Assembly (NCBI GenBank): GCA_023415795.1
Contig: JAEZJG010000022.1
Coordinates: forward strand, 188,009 to 252,008
Source of the DNA: Bacillota bacterium
GTDB lineage: Bacteria; Bacillota; Clostridia; Christensenellales; SZUA-584
Length of the DNA stretch: 64,000 bases
Direction: 5' to 3'
The translations under genes were made by a program, and so were the position numbers. The notes beneath the pieces are model-generated. The model saw only the letters and a list, made by a program, of their open reading frames with translations, did no database searches and had not been told where the DNA came from. Each line of letters opens with the position of its first letter. The stretch's first letter is position 1. Shown here one piece after another: positions 15,779 through 24,875 of this stretch.

Positions 15779-16723
15779 ATGGTGATCGGTATACCGAACG
15801 GTCTTCTTTTTTGCATATACGGCGAGTTTGCGCGCGCGTTTTTTACCGGACTGGGTGCACAGGTGATTGTGTCTCCCGCCACGGACAAAAGCATATTGGA
15901 TGCGGGCGTGCGCAGCTGCGAGAGTGAGGCGTGCTTGCCCGTTAAGCTGTTCTGCGGACACACCGCGTGGCTGTCGGGGCGGTGCGACGCCATACTGGCG
16001 CCAAGGCTGATGCGCGTCACCAAACGCCAAAGCGTGTGCCCCATGTTCTGCGGTATCGCTGAGCTGGCGCGGCAGGCAGCTAATGGAACGCCGTTGATCG
16101 ACACACCGCTGTATGACGCGGCGGGCAGCGGGCTGAAGACATGGGCGAGGCAGACGGCGCGCGCGGCGGGCGCAGGCAGCCGTTGGACGCAGGCATACGC
16201 GCAGGCTGTAGCGACGCAGCAGACTCAAGAAGCGGGCATCCGCGATACAGGCTACGCACACACCGTGGCGCTGATCGGACATGCCTACAACATTTACGAT
16301 AATTTTGTCAATATGAACCTGATCCGCAAGCTGCACGCGCTGGGTATAGGCGTGGTGACGCACGAGCGCGTCATCGAGGCGCATATCGACGCGCAAATGA
16401 GCGCTCTCACCAAGCCGCCGTTCTGGTATTACGCGCAGCGGTATTACGGCGCGGCGTTGCATCTGCTGACCAGCGGAATTGCAGAGGGCATCATCTACGT
16501 GTCGGCATTCGGCTGTGGTGTAGATTCAGTGGTTGAGGCGCTGATACGCGACGCGACGCCTGCTTCTGCCATGATGACGCTGAAGCTGGACGAGCATACC
16601 GGCGAGGCGGGCTTCGATACACGGCTGGAGGCGTTTGCGGACATGCTGCAAAGGAGGAAGTGCATTGGTGCTGACCATACCCCGCTTGGGGAATACGCAT
16701 ATAGCCATGCGGGCGCTGTGTGA
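15779..16723 (+). CDS. acyl-CoA dehydratase activase-related protein (DUF2229 'CoA enzyme activase uncharacterised domain'), subunit 1
   Basis: MVIGIPNGLLFCIYGEFARAFFTGLGAQVIVSPATDKSILDAGVRSCESEACLPVKLFCGH… and the C-terminal …LDEHTGEAGFDTRLEAFADML are hallmarks of the family. Confidence 0.7.
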   Translation: MVIGIPNGLLFCIYGEFARAFFTGLGAQVIVSPATDKSILDAGVRSCESEACLPVKLFCGHTAWLSGRCDAILAPRLMRVTKRQSVCPMFCGIAELARQAANGTPLIDTPLYDAAGSGLKTWARQTARAAGAGSRWTQAYAQAVATQQTQEAGIRDTGYAHTVALIGHAYNIYDNFVNMNLIRKLHALGIGVVTHERVIEAHIDAQMSALTKPPFWYYAQRYYGAALHLLTSGIAEGIIYVSAFGCGVDSVVEALIRDATPASAMMTLKLDEHTGEAGFDTRLEAFADMLQRRKCIGADHTPLGEYAYSHAGAV

Positions 16724-17747
16724 CGCGCTGGGCATTGGCTTTGTCGTGCCGGAGAACAACCGGACAATCATGCAGCGCGGCGCGGCGGTTGCGCCAGAGG
16801 ACATGTGTCTGCCCTTCAAGATCATGATGGGCAACTTCATGGACGGTATTGAGCGTGGGGCGGACACTGTGTTGATTACGGGGAGCTGCGGTCCCTGCCG
16901 CTTCGGCGAATACGGTGAGCTGTTCGGCAGGCTGCTCAAAAAAGCAGGTTACCCGGCGGACGTGATTGTAATAGATTCTCCGTCTGAGATCGGCATAAAA
17001 ACGCTGCTGAGCCGATTCGGACAGATCGGAAAGGCCAGCGGTGCTTCCAAGGCAGCCAAGCTGGCGGCACTGCGGCAAACCTACCGCATATTGGAGCAGG
17101 CGGACGCATTGGATGCTGCTGTCTACCGCACAGCCGGGTTCGAGGCGTGCCCCGGCGCGTGCGGGCGTGAGTTGGACGCATGCCGTTGCGACATGCTTGC
17201 GGGGCACGGTACGCACACGGCGCTGCATGCGCTGAAGGAACACCGCCGGAACCTGCGAAGCATCGCGCTGGACCCAGCGAAAACGCCGCTTCGGGTAGCC
17301 ATAGCGGGAGAGGTTTATTCGATGTTTGAGCCGTACGCCAACCTTCATATCGAACAGCGGCTGATGCGCATGGGCGTGTCCACGCAGCGTCTGCTCACGC
17401 CCTCGTGGTGGCTGCGCGATCTTGCTATGAAGCCGCTGCACCTGAACTCGCCCGCGGTGAAGCGTGAATCCGCTCCGTTTCTTCCCGTCAGCGTGGGCGG
17501 ACACGCGCGGGAAACCATCGCCCATGCTGTGAGCGCCAGAAAGGCGGGAATGGATGGCGTGATACAGATATTTCCGATGGGCTGCATGCCGGAGATCGTG
17601 GCCAAGGCGGCATTGCACGCCACGGGGCTGCCGCTGCTGACGCTGGTGGTGGATGAGATGACAGGGGATGCGGGATACGACACGCGCATCGAGGCATTTT
17701 TGGACATGTTGGAGGCACGGCGGAGGCAGGCGGCGTTATGGGCATAG
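16665..17747 (+). CDS. acyl-CoA dehydratase activase-related protein (DUF2229-type), subunit 2
   Basis: …TIPRLGNTHIAMRALCDALGIGFVVPENNRTIMQRGAAVAPEDMCLPFKIMMGN…GSCGPCRFGEY… with C-terminal …VDEMTGDAGYDTRIEAFLDML. The start is uncertain: TTG 16665 or GTG 16668 after AGGAGG (16652-16657). It overlaps the upstream gene by about 55-60 nt. Confidence 0.65.
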   Translation: MVLTIPRLGNTHIAMRALCDALGIGFVVPENNRTIMQRGAAVAPEDMCLPFKIMMGNFMDGIERGADTVLITGSCGPCRFGEYGELFGRLLKKAGYPADVIVIDSPSEIGIKTLLSRFGQIGKASGASKAAKLAALRQTYRILEQADALDAAVYRTAGFEACPGACGRELDACRCDMLAGHGTHTALHALKEHRRNLRSIALDPAKTPLRVAIAGEVYSMFEPYANLHIEQRLMRMGVSTQRLLTPSWWLRDLAMKPLHLNSPAVKRESAPFLPVSVGGHARETIAHAVSARKAGMDGVIQIFPMGCMPEIVAKAALHATGLPLLTLVVDEMTGDAGYDTRIEAFLDMLEARRRQAALWA

Positions 17748-18727
17748 GCAGTAAACTGGCTCTGGGTATCGATGTGGGGTCCGTCAGCACCAACCTTGTG
17801 GTAATGGACGAGAGCGGCAATGTGCTGGCGCGGCTGTATCTGTCCACCAGCGGCAGACCACTCAACGCTTTGCGTGACGGCATGGCACAGCTGGCGGCGC
17901 AGTTTGACGACGCGGACATCGGCTGCTGCGGCGTAACGGGCAGCGGTCGCCAGCTGGCAGCAGCGGTGGTGGGCGCAGACATCGTCAAGAATGAGATCAC
18001 CACGCACGCGGCGGCTGCCTGCCATATGCAGCCGGATGTACGTACGATACTCGAAATTGGCGGACAGGATTCCAAGATCATACATATCCAAGACGGCTGC
18101 GTCACGGATTTTGCAATGAACACGGTATGTGCGGCGGGTACAGGCTCTTTCCTCGACAGACAAGCGCAGCGGTTGGGCATGCCCATCTCCGCGTTCGGCG
18201 AGTGCGCGCTGCGCAGCACATCGCCTGTGCGCATAGCGGGGCGGTGCGCGGTGTTCGCGGAGTCGGACATGATCAGCAAGCAGCAGGCGGGGCACCCCAC
18301 CGAGGACATCGTGGCGGGCTTATGCGAAGCGTTGGTGCGCAACTATCTTAACAACCTTGCCAGCCACAAGAAGCCCGAACATCCTGTCGTTTTTCAAGGC
18401 GGAGTGGCGGCAAACGCCGGGATCGTGGCGGCATTCGAGCACGCGCTGGGTCTTCGCGTCATTGTGCCGCAGCACCATGACGTGATGGGGGCATACGGTG
18501 CGGCATTGATGGCGCGCGAGGCCGACGGTGAGACCCGGTTTATGGGCTTTGGCTGTATGGCGGACGAGCTGCAGACGAAGGGCTTCGAGTGTGCGGGCTG
18601 TGCCAACCGCTGTGAGGTGGTGGCGCTGATGCGCGGCGGTGTACCTGCGGCTTACTGGGGCGACCGCTGCGGTAAGTGGAGCACAAAGAGTTTCGTAGTA
18701 GCAGACACCACATCTGCAGGCGCGTAA
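17738..18727 (+). CDS. BcrAD/BadFG-type ATPase (CoA-substrate-specific enzyme activase, HgdC-like) with C-terminal Cys motif
   Basis: …LGIDVGSVSTNLVVMDE…, …EIGGQDSKII…, …NTVCAAGTGSFLDRQA… and …FAESDMISKQQAG… are typical of archerase-type activases. The tail has CAGCANRCEV…C. It overlaps the upstream gene by 10 nt. Confidence 0.8.
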   Translation: MGIGSKLALGIDVGSVSTNLVVMDESGNVLARLYLSTSGRPLNALRDGMAQLAAQFDDADIGCCGVTGSGRQLAAAVVGADIVKNEITTHAAAACHMQPDVRTILEIGGQDSKIIHIQDGCVTDFAMNTVCAAGTGSFLDRQAQRLGMPISAFGECALRSTSPVRIAGRCAVFAESDMISKQQAGHPTEDIVAGLCEALVRNYLNNLASHKKPEHPVVFQGGVAANAGIVAAFEHALGLRVIVPQHHDVMGAYGAALMAREADGETRFMGFGCMADELQTKGFECAGCANRCEVVALMRGGVPAAYWGDRCGKWSTKSFVVADTTSAGA

Positions 18728-18765
18728 GCTCTGCGCGTCTATTAACAACCCAACTCCTGCCCAGA

Positions 18766-18832
18766 CCATCATTGCGAGCACTAGCGAAAAATATTCCGCT
18801 GCAACATCATGACCGTGGATGCTTAAGCGCCC
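18766..18832. repeat. partial copy of the composite repeat (locus 4), same orientation as locus 3
   Basis: ATCATTGCGAGCACTAGCGAAAAATATTCC…CATGACCGTGGATGC parallels GTCATTCCGAACGCAGTGAGGAATCCC…CATGACCGTAGGATGC of locus 3. Confidence 0.45.
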
Positions 18833-18989
18833 CTCTTTTCATCATCAGAGACCATTGTAGTTTAACAAATATGAACAGAGAATGAAAAATAGCCTGTGTG
18901 CGATTGTGAATTTAAGATACCCATGGTAATATTAATATCGTCTTCAAAAGCGTGTTTTACCGCGCGGTTTGAGACGGTCGGGAGAGGGT

Positions 18990-19856
18990 ATGTTCGGATA
19001 CGTACAGCCTTTGAAGCCGGAGCTGAAGGTGAAGGAGCTGGAAGCCTACAAGGGATATTACTGCGGCTTGTGCAAGGCGATTCGGGATAAATACACACAC
19101 GCAGCGCGTTTTATGCTAAACTACGACTGCGCTGTGCTGTCGATGCTGCTGTCGTCGATGAGCGGCGAAGGTTTGACGGTGGCTCAGGAACGGTGTGCAG
19201 CCAGTCCCGTGAAGAAGAAAACGGTGGTGCATGCACGTGAGGCACAGTACGCTGCCACGGTAAACGTCCTACTGGGTTGCGCCAAGCTTGCGGACAACGC
19301 AACGGATGAGCACAGCGTTTCGAGCGCGGCTCTCTCACTGTTGTATCGGCGGGTGATGCGCCAGGCAGAGAAGGACGAGCCGGCGCTGGCGGCGGAGTTT
19401 CGTGACAGGCTGGCGGTTTTGCGAGCGCAGGAGAAGGGGAAATGTCGAGAAGTGGATGCTGTTGCCGCCGAATTTGGGCGTCTTCTGTCTGCGGTTTTCG
19501 CGTCTGCGCCGTATGATTTTATCGACAACAGTGCAAAGCAGGCTCTGTCGCATTTTGGGTATCATCTGGGACGCTGGATATATATCGCGGATGCGGTTAA
19601 CGATATTGAGAAGGACCACAAAACGGGCAGCTATAACGTGTATCTGCTGCGGTCGCCGGGAGAACCCGCGCAGGTGCGCAGGGTGATAGAAGAGGAAGCA
19701 AGGTTCAACCTGCACATCTCATTGTCTGAGGCGTGCAAGGCCTATGAGCTGCTGGATATTAAAAGAGATAAGCCGCTGCTGGATAACATCATGTATCTGG
19801 GGCTCGCTAAAAAAACGGAGGATGTCTTGAAAGGGGAAAAGAATGGATCCGTATAA
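18990..19856 (+). CDS. DUF5685-like protein (conserved Firmicute protein of unknown function)
   Basis: Start at ATG 18990 (MFGYVQPLKPELKVKELEAYKGYYCGLCKAIRDKY…) after GGGAGAGGG. The N-terminal MFGYV…YCGLC signature is what I recall for DUF5685; this is from memory and unverified. Confidence 0.55.
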   Translation: MFGYVQPLKPELKVKELEAYKGYYCGLCKAIRDKYTHAARFMLNYDCAVLSMLLSSMSGEGLTVAQERCAASPVKKKTVVHAREAQYAATVNVLLGCAKLADNATDEHSVSSAALSLLYRRVMRQAEKDEPALAAEFRDRLAVLRAQEKGKCREVDAVAAEFGRLLSAVFASAPYDFIDNSAKQALSHFGYHLGRWIYIADAVNDIEKDHKTGSYNVYLLRSPGEPAQVRRVIEEEARFNLHISLSEACKAYELLDIKRDKPLLDNIMYLGLAKKTEDVLKGEKNGSV

Positions 19857-20475
19857 GGTGTTGGGGGTCAATACGTCCGCAACGGATGCCGAGATAAAAA
19901 GCGCGTACCGCAATCTGGCAAAGAAGTATCATCCGGACAGGTATCGGGGGCACGATCTTGAGGATTTGGCGGGAGAGCGGCTCAAGGAGATCAACGAAGC
20001 GTACGATATAATCCAGAAGGAGCGCCAAAATAGCGGCTATCGCCAGAGCTACGGCAGCGAGCAGTCGTACAGTGGCTCCTCGTCTTCAAACTCATCGTAC
20101 AGCGGCGGTTCCTCGCAGTTTACCGACGTGCGGCGGGCGCTGCAGGCGGGAGATTTGACCCGTGCCGATGCGATGCTGGACGCCATCACCAACCGTAACG
20201 CGGAGTGGCATTACCTAAAGGGTATGGTGCTGCTGCGCAAGGGCTGGTATGACGGCGCGCGCCAGCATTTTGCCACTGCCAACAGCATGGATCCATCGAA
20301 CGCGGAATACGCACAGGCGTTCCAGTCGATCAACAGGAACGCAACGGGCTATGGTCAGCAGTTTTACGGCAACCAGCAGGCTGGCGGTTCTAATATGTGC
20401 AGTATTTGCAGCGGACTGCTGTGCGCAGACTGTTGCTGCGAATGTGCCGGGGGAGACTGCATACCCTGCTGCTAA
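19843..20475 (+). CDS. J-domain protein with TPR-like middle region and extremely Cys-rich C-terminal tail
   Basis: MDPYKVLGVNTSATDAEIKSAYRNLAKKYHPDRY is a canonical J domain with HPD. The tail MCSICSGLLCADCCCECAGGDCIPCC has 11 Cys in 26 aa. The gene overlaps the upstream one by 14 nt. Confidence 0.8.
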   Translation: MDPYKVLGVNTSATDAEIKSAYRNLAKKYHPDRYRGHDLEDLAGERLKEINEAYDIIQKERQNSGYRQSYGSEQSYSGSSSSNSSYSGGSSQFTDVRRALQAGDLTRADAMLDAITNRNAEWHYLKGMVLLRKGWYDGARQHFATANSMDPSNAEYAQAFQSINRNATGYGQQFYGNQQAGGSNMCSICSGLLCADCCCECAGGDCIPCC

Positions 20476-20497
20476 ATTGAAGACAGGAGGATAGCCT

Positions 20498-21025
20498 ATG
20501 CCAAGATTTAAGCGCACCGCACACCGTGTCAGCCTTACGGCCATGTTTGCCGCCATGTCGTTGCTTTTTCTGTATCTGGCGGCGATACTGCCCACGATGC
20601 GCCTCGCAATGTTCTTTTTAAGCTCCATATTCATTATGGGACTGATAGTCGAGGAGGAACTTGGGCTTGCCTTTCTGATGTATGTCACCGTGTCTGCGCT
20701 GGGTATGCTGTTCCTAATGCCGCACATCGTTTACGTGCTGCCCTATGTGATATTCTTCGGTCACTACGGAATTGGAAAATATTACATAGAAATGCGTATC
20801 AAGGACAAGGTGGTGCGCTACATCGTGAAGCTGCTGTATTATAACGTGGCGCTGGTGCTGATCTATCTGGTGGCGCGGGCTGCGCTGGCCGAGATGCTGG
20901 ACGCACTGCCCATATGGGCGCTGATACTTGTCGCCGAGGCTGCCTTTGTGGTGTTCGACTACGTGTTCACCAAGGTGACGGCCTACTACTTTAACAACAT
21001 CCGCCGATATCTGATGAAGGATTGA
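20498..21025 (+). CDS. hypothetical polytopic membrane protein
   Basis: 175 aa with 4-5 TM helices. ATG is preceded by ACAGGAGGA and lies 22 nt after the J-domain gene. Confidence 0.6.
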   Translation: MPRFKRTAHRVSLTAMFAAMSLLFLYLAAILPTMRLAMFFLSSIFIMGLIVEEELGLAFLMYVTVSALGMLFLMPHIVYVLPYVIFFGHYGIGKYYIEMRIKDKVVRYIVKLLYYNVALVLIYLVARAALAEMLDALPIWALILVAEAAFVVFDYVFTKVTAYYFNNIRRYLMKD

Positions 21026-21031
21026 CTGGCT

Positions 21032-21721
21032 TTAGCCCTTATCATGCGTGGCGGCGGCACTCCCGGAGATGGGGATGACTTCACCCAGATACGTGGGCAG
21101 CGGACGGAACAAATTCACACAAAAGAAATCTTTGACGCGCGCCAGGCTTTCCCGGAACGCGTCTTTTGTTTCGTTGCCGTACAGACGCGGGTTGGAGTTG
21201 ACGCCGCTGGCATCCAGCCCCAGCTGCCGCGCAATATATACGGCGCGTGAGAGGTGAAACTGCTGCGATACGATGATGACGCTTTTCACCCCGAACACAT
21301 CGCGTGCGCGGTACAGGCTTTCGTAGGTGGAGAACCCCGCGTGATCGAGGAAGATGACGTCCTCTGGGACGCCCTGCGCCACCGCATAGTCCTTCATGGA
21401 GTTCACCTCGTCGTAGTCCGTCTGTCCGTGATCGCCGGAAAACAGCAGACGGCTTGTCTTGCCGTCCTCATAGAGCCGTATGGCGTAGTCCACGCGATCC
21501 TGTAAAACGGGGGAGAGCTGATCGTTGCCGTACACCAAAGCACCCGGCACCAGCACGCAGTCCGCAGAGGCCAGCTGTGCCGTGTCGTCAATGCTGCTGA
21601 TGTACGGCGCGGCGGCACCAACAACCACGGCGTTGAGTATTGCGATAACCGCCGCAGCCAGTACCGCCAGACCGCCGAGCGTCAGCAGTGCCCGCTTACG
21701 TGTGATGCGAAGTTTCACCAT
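21032..21721 (-). CDS. SanA/YdcF (DUF218) family protein
   Basis: N-terminal TM anchor, then …ADCVLVPGALVYGN…LQDRVDYAIRLYEDGKTSRLLFSGDHG…DYDEVNSMKDYA…, which is typical of SanA. Confidence 0.75.
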   Translation of the reverse strand: MVKLRITRKRALLTLGGLAVLAAAVIAILNAVVVGAAAPYISSIDDTAQLASADCVLVPGALVYGNDQLSPVLQDRVDYAIRLYEDGKTSRLLFSGDHGQTDYDEVNSMKDYAVAQGVPEDVIFLDHAGFSTYESLYRARDVFGVKSVIIVSQQFHLSRAVYIARQLGLDASGVNSNPRLYGNETKDAFRESLARVKDFFCVNLFRPLPTYLGEVIPISGSAAATHDKG

Positions 21722-21745
21722 ACGATCTCCTTGTTACGGCTATTG

Positions 21746-22921
21746 TTACTCGACGTCCTGCATCTTCTGAATATAGTAGCCACCCTTGCGAACCACATCA
21801 AACTGCTGCGTCAAGGTTTCCATCGCGCCGGTATCGTCCGGGCTGGTAAAGTCGATAGCGGTAAACACCTTGGTGTTTTCAAAATACGTGTAGCTGGTGA
21901 CGGTGGTGGGTGTGAGCGCCTTGTCGGCGATAAAGGCAGTGATCTCGTCTGCGGTACTGCTGCGCCCAATGCCCTGTGTTTTGGCGTCGGCAATAGCATC
22001 GCCCATCAGCAAATATGCGGTTTCGCTGGCTATACGACCATTATCCATCTGCTTAACCGCCACCATAGCTAGCAGCTCCGCTCCGTCGCCCGAGGGTACG
22101 AACGTGGCTTCCACACGCTGCTGCGGCGAGAGGTGTAGCACAATGTAGAATTGCTGTGTGGAACCGTCCGTCGCGGTGTAGTCGAATGGATACTCCGCGC
22201 GGTCCTTTGTGTACGAGATGTCCGATAGGTTGTCCACGCCCTTGGAAATGCTTAGTGTTCCGGCAGCTTCGTCGTATTTGTATGTGCGCACCGGCACGCC
22301 GTTGCGGTCCTCCAGCAAGCCGGGATTGTAAGCGAGACGCTTCAGGCTCACACCATCTCTGGTGACCGTACCGTCTGCCGACTCGGTATAGTGTTCACGG
22401 CGGATAAAGCTGCCGTCGGCACCCGGCTCTCCCGTCAGCCGTGAGGTTGCTTCAAAATAGGTCAGCGTTTTTTCGCCGTCCGCCTGATCCACGATGCCCA
22501 TCACGTGTCCGTCGGCGGTCTGTATCATGTAGGTGCCGTCCTCGGTAATCATGTCCTTGAGCGCCTGCGGTTCGAGCAGGGCAGGTTTTATCAGCGTCAG
22601 CGGCAGCACCACGGCGGCAGCCAGCACCAACGCGAGTGCGCACAGCTTCAGCGCGGTCGCGGTGTTCAGCGTAGCGGTGCGCTTGCGAAACTCCGTTTTT
22701 GCGATACGCTTGCCTTCAGCCTTGTCCAGTTCTGCAACCGCCTCGCAGCTGTCGCAAACTGTCTCGTAGCGGCTGCCCAACGGAATGAGACTGATGAAGA
22801 AGATGACGACAAAGCGCGTGATGCGCACCAGCCTGTAGATATAACCCTCCGTGCATCCTGCACAGCCCTCGCCGTTGAAACGGCCCAACTCCTGACGAAC
22901 TTCCTTGACACCGAATATCAT
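21746..22921 (-). CDS. hypothetical membrane-anchored protein (split CxxC…CxxC zinc-ribbon-like N-terminus, two TM helices, large extracytoplasmic domain)
   Basis: 391-aa ORF with coding-like composition. CAGC…(TM)…CDSC, then a second TM helix and about 270 aa with no recognisable family. Confidence 0.5.
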   Translation of the reverse strand: MIFGVKEVRQELGRFNGEGCAGCTEGYIYRLVRITRFVVIFFISLIPLGSRYETVCDSCEAVAELDKAEGKRIAKTEFRKRTATLNTATALKLCALALVLAAAVVLPLTLIKPALLEPQALKDMITEDGTYMIQTADGHVMGIVDQADGEKTLTYFEATSRLTGEPGADGSFIRREHYTESADGTVTRDGVSLKRLAYNPGLLEDRNGVPVRTYKYDEAAGTLSISKGVDNLSDISYTKDRAEYPFDYTATDGSTQQFYIVLHLSPQQRVEATFVPSGDGAELLAMVAVKQMDNGRIASETAYLLMGDAIADAKTQGIGRSSTADEITAFIADKALTPTTVTSYTYFENTKVFTAIDFTSPDDTGAMETLTQQFDVVRKGGYYIQKMQDVE

Positions 22922-23025
22922 CGCAAACCTCGCTTATCTTTTGTTGGGGATAACACGATTATAACACACATGTTCGCGCATGTCCGTGAATAATATGGTA
23001 CAAATAAACAAAGGGGGGCGGCCAA

Positions 23026-23352
23026 TTGCCATTGTATCCGCTGAAATTTGCTTTTTCTACCGAAAAAGGCGACAGGGTTGAGGCCGTGGTGACCGCGCCG
23101 GTTGAGCGGCGGTGCATATTGCACGGCACGGTGTACGACGCGGGCGGCGGCAAGCTGGCAGACGCGGTGGTGCGTCTGTTCGTCTGCGACGACGATCGTT
23201 TGCTACCGGCGGGGGACACGTTTACGGACGGGGACGGCGAGTTTGTGCTGGGGCCGCTGGATGCAGACAAACGTTTCGTTGCCAAGGTGTACACCGGCGG
23301 CGTGATGCTGCGCGAGGTGACGATACGCCCCGGTCGTAAGAAGCGTGGATAG
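23026..23352 (+). CDS. small carboxypeptidase-regulatory-like (prealbumin-fold) domain protein
   Basis: …LHGTVYDAGGGKLADAVVRLF……TDGDGEFVLGPL…KFVAKV… follows the CarboxypepD_reg-like pattern. TTG start lies 7 nt after AAAGGGGGG. Confidence 0.45.
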   Translation: MPLYPLKFAFSTEKGDRVEAVVTAPVERRCILHGTVYDAGGGKLADAVVRLFVCDDDRLLPAGDTFTDGDGEFVLGPLDADKRFVAKVYTGGVMLREVTIRPGRKKRG

Positions 23353-23413
23353 CAGGAAATTTCAATCGGCATTTTTATTGACTGGCTCAGAAGGCTGACA
23401 CAGGTCTATGAGA

Positions 23414-23470
23414 GTGGAGGCTCTGCCTCCACTCCACCGCTTAAGGGGCATTGCCCCTTAAGAATCCCAC
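23414..23470. repeat. double-hairpin REP-like intergenic element, copy 2 (inverted relative to copy 1)
   Basis: GGAGGC-TCT-GCCTCC, then CTTAAGGGGC-AT-TGCCCCTTAAG, then AATCCCAC. The reverse complement aligns almost base-for-base with 1218-1270. Confidence 0.7.
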
Positions 23471-23471
23471 T

Positions 23472-23499
23472 AAAAATGCCAGATTCATGGCATTTTTTT
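23472..23499. terminator. bidirectional-looking intrinsic terminator
   Basis: AAAAATGCCA-GATTCA-TGGCATTTTTTT: an A-run, a 6-bp stem and a T-run. Confidence 0.6.
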
Positions 23500-23651
23500 A
23501 TTTATATTCTACTTTTTCTTAAAAGAAAAGTGGTCCGGGGGCAGAGTCCCTGGAAATGGGTCGTCACTAAGCTGCGCCTGTTTATTGACAGGCTTTTTTA
23601 TTTCCTATATCGTTGAGGTATCAAAATAGCGGCAGGCTTTGCGGAGGAATC

Positions 23652-24785
23652 ATGAAAGAGATCAGAGTGGGCGTTGTGGGATTTGGCTTTATGGGACGAG
23701 CGCATACGTTTGGGTATAAGACGATACCGCTGTATTACCGCGATCTGCCGTTTAAGATCACGCTGGCGGGGGTGGCCACACCGAGGCTGGAGGTCGCGCA
23801 GCGGGCGGCGGAGGAGCTGGGCTTTCTAAAGGCGACGACGGACGTAGACGAGCTGTTGAGTGACCCAAATATCGATGCTGTCAGCATCTGCACGCCCAAC
23901 ATATTTCATATGGATGGTGTGACAAAGGCGCTGAAGGCAGGCAAGCATGTGTACTGCGATAAGCCGTTGGGCGCGACTTATGCAGAATCTCTGGAGGTGG
24001 CACGGCTGGCGGAGGAGAGCGGTTGCGTGACGCAGATGGCACTGCAATACCGGTTCTACACCGGCACGCTGCGGGCAAAGCAGCTGATGGAAGAGGGGCG
24101 ATTGGGACGCGTACTGTCGTTCCGTGCCGCGTATCTGCACCCCACCGGCGTGAACCCGGACAAGCCGTTGGGCTGGAAGCAGCAGAAGCAGTTCGGTGGC
24201 GGCGGGGTGCTGCTGGATTTGGGCAGCCACATCTTCGACCTGATGTATTGGATGCTGGGCGAGTACGACAGCGTGATGACGAACAACACCATCGTCTACC
24301 CACAGCGCCCCGGACAAAACGGCGGCTTGGTGGATGTGGACGCGGAGGATATGTCTGTATCCATGGTCAGGATGAAGAGCGGCGCACAGGGCACGATTGA
24401 GGCGTCGAAGGTGGCAACGGGCACCAACGACGAGCTGCGTTTTGAGATACATGGCACGAAGGGGGCGCTGTACTATAACTCGACGCGCCCCAACGAGCTG
24501 CGGTTCTATGATGCGACGCAGCCGGACATGCCCTATGGGGGCGAATCGGGCTTTAAGATCATTGAGTGCGTCAGTCGGTATGAGAGCCCCGGCGGCTTCT
24601 TCCCTGGTGCCAAGTTTGCGAGCGGCTTCATGCGCGGGCATGTGCACAGCTTGTTTAACTTCCTGATGCACGTGCATAAAGACAGGCCAAGCGCACCTTC
24701 GTTTGCGGATGGCGCTTATATCAGCCGTGTACTGGAAAAAGCTTATGAGTCGGACGGGGTGCGGCAGTGGGTAAAAATTGTGTAA
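23652..24785 (+). CDS. Gfo/Idh/MocA family NAD(P)-dependent oxidoreductase
   Basis: Start at ATG 23652 (MKEIRVGVVGFGFMGRAH…, a Rossmann GxGxxG) after GGAGGA. …HVYCDKPL… is a family motif. Confidence 0.85.
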   Translation: MKEIRVGVVGFGFMGRAHTFGYKTIPLYYRDLPFKITLAGVATPRLEVAQRAAEELGFLKATTDVDELLSDPNIDAVSICTPNIFHMDGVTKALKAGKHVYCDKPLGATYAESLEVARLAEESGCVTQMALQYRFYTGTLRAKQLMEEGRLGRVLSFRAAYLHPTGVNPDKPLGWKQQKQFGGGGVLLDLGSHIFDLMYWMLGEYDSVMTNNTIVYPQRPGQNGGLVDVDAEDMSVSMVRMKSGAQGTIEASKVATGTNDELRFEIHGTKGALYYNSTRPNELRFYDATQPDMPYGGESGFKIIECVSRYESPGGFFPGAKFASGFMRGHVHSLFNFLMHVHKDRPSAPSFADGAYISRVLEKAYESDGVRQWVKIV

Positions 24786-24875
24786 ATAATACGCTTCGTC
24801 TCAGGTTTTTTTGTTTATGAGTGCAGCGTATACGTGTTGTTTCTTTTTGAGATGTAGACTGTCATACTGGCAATT

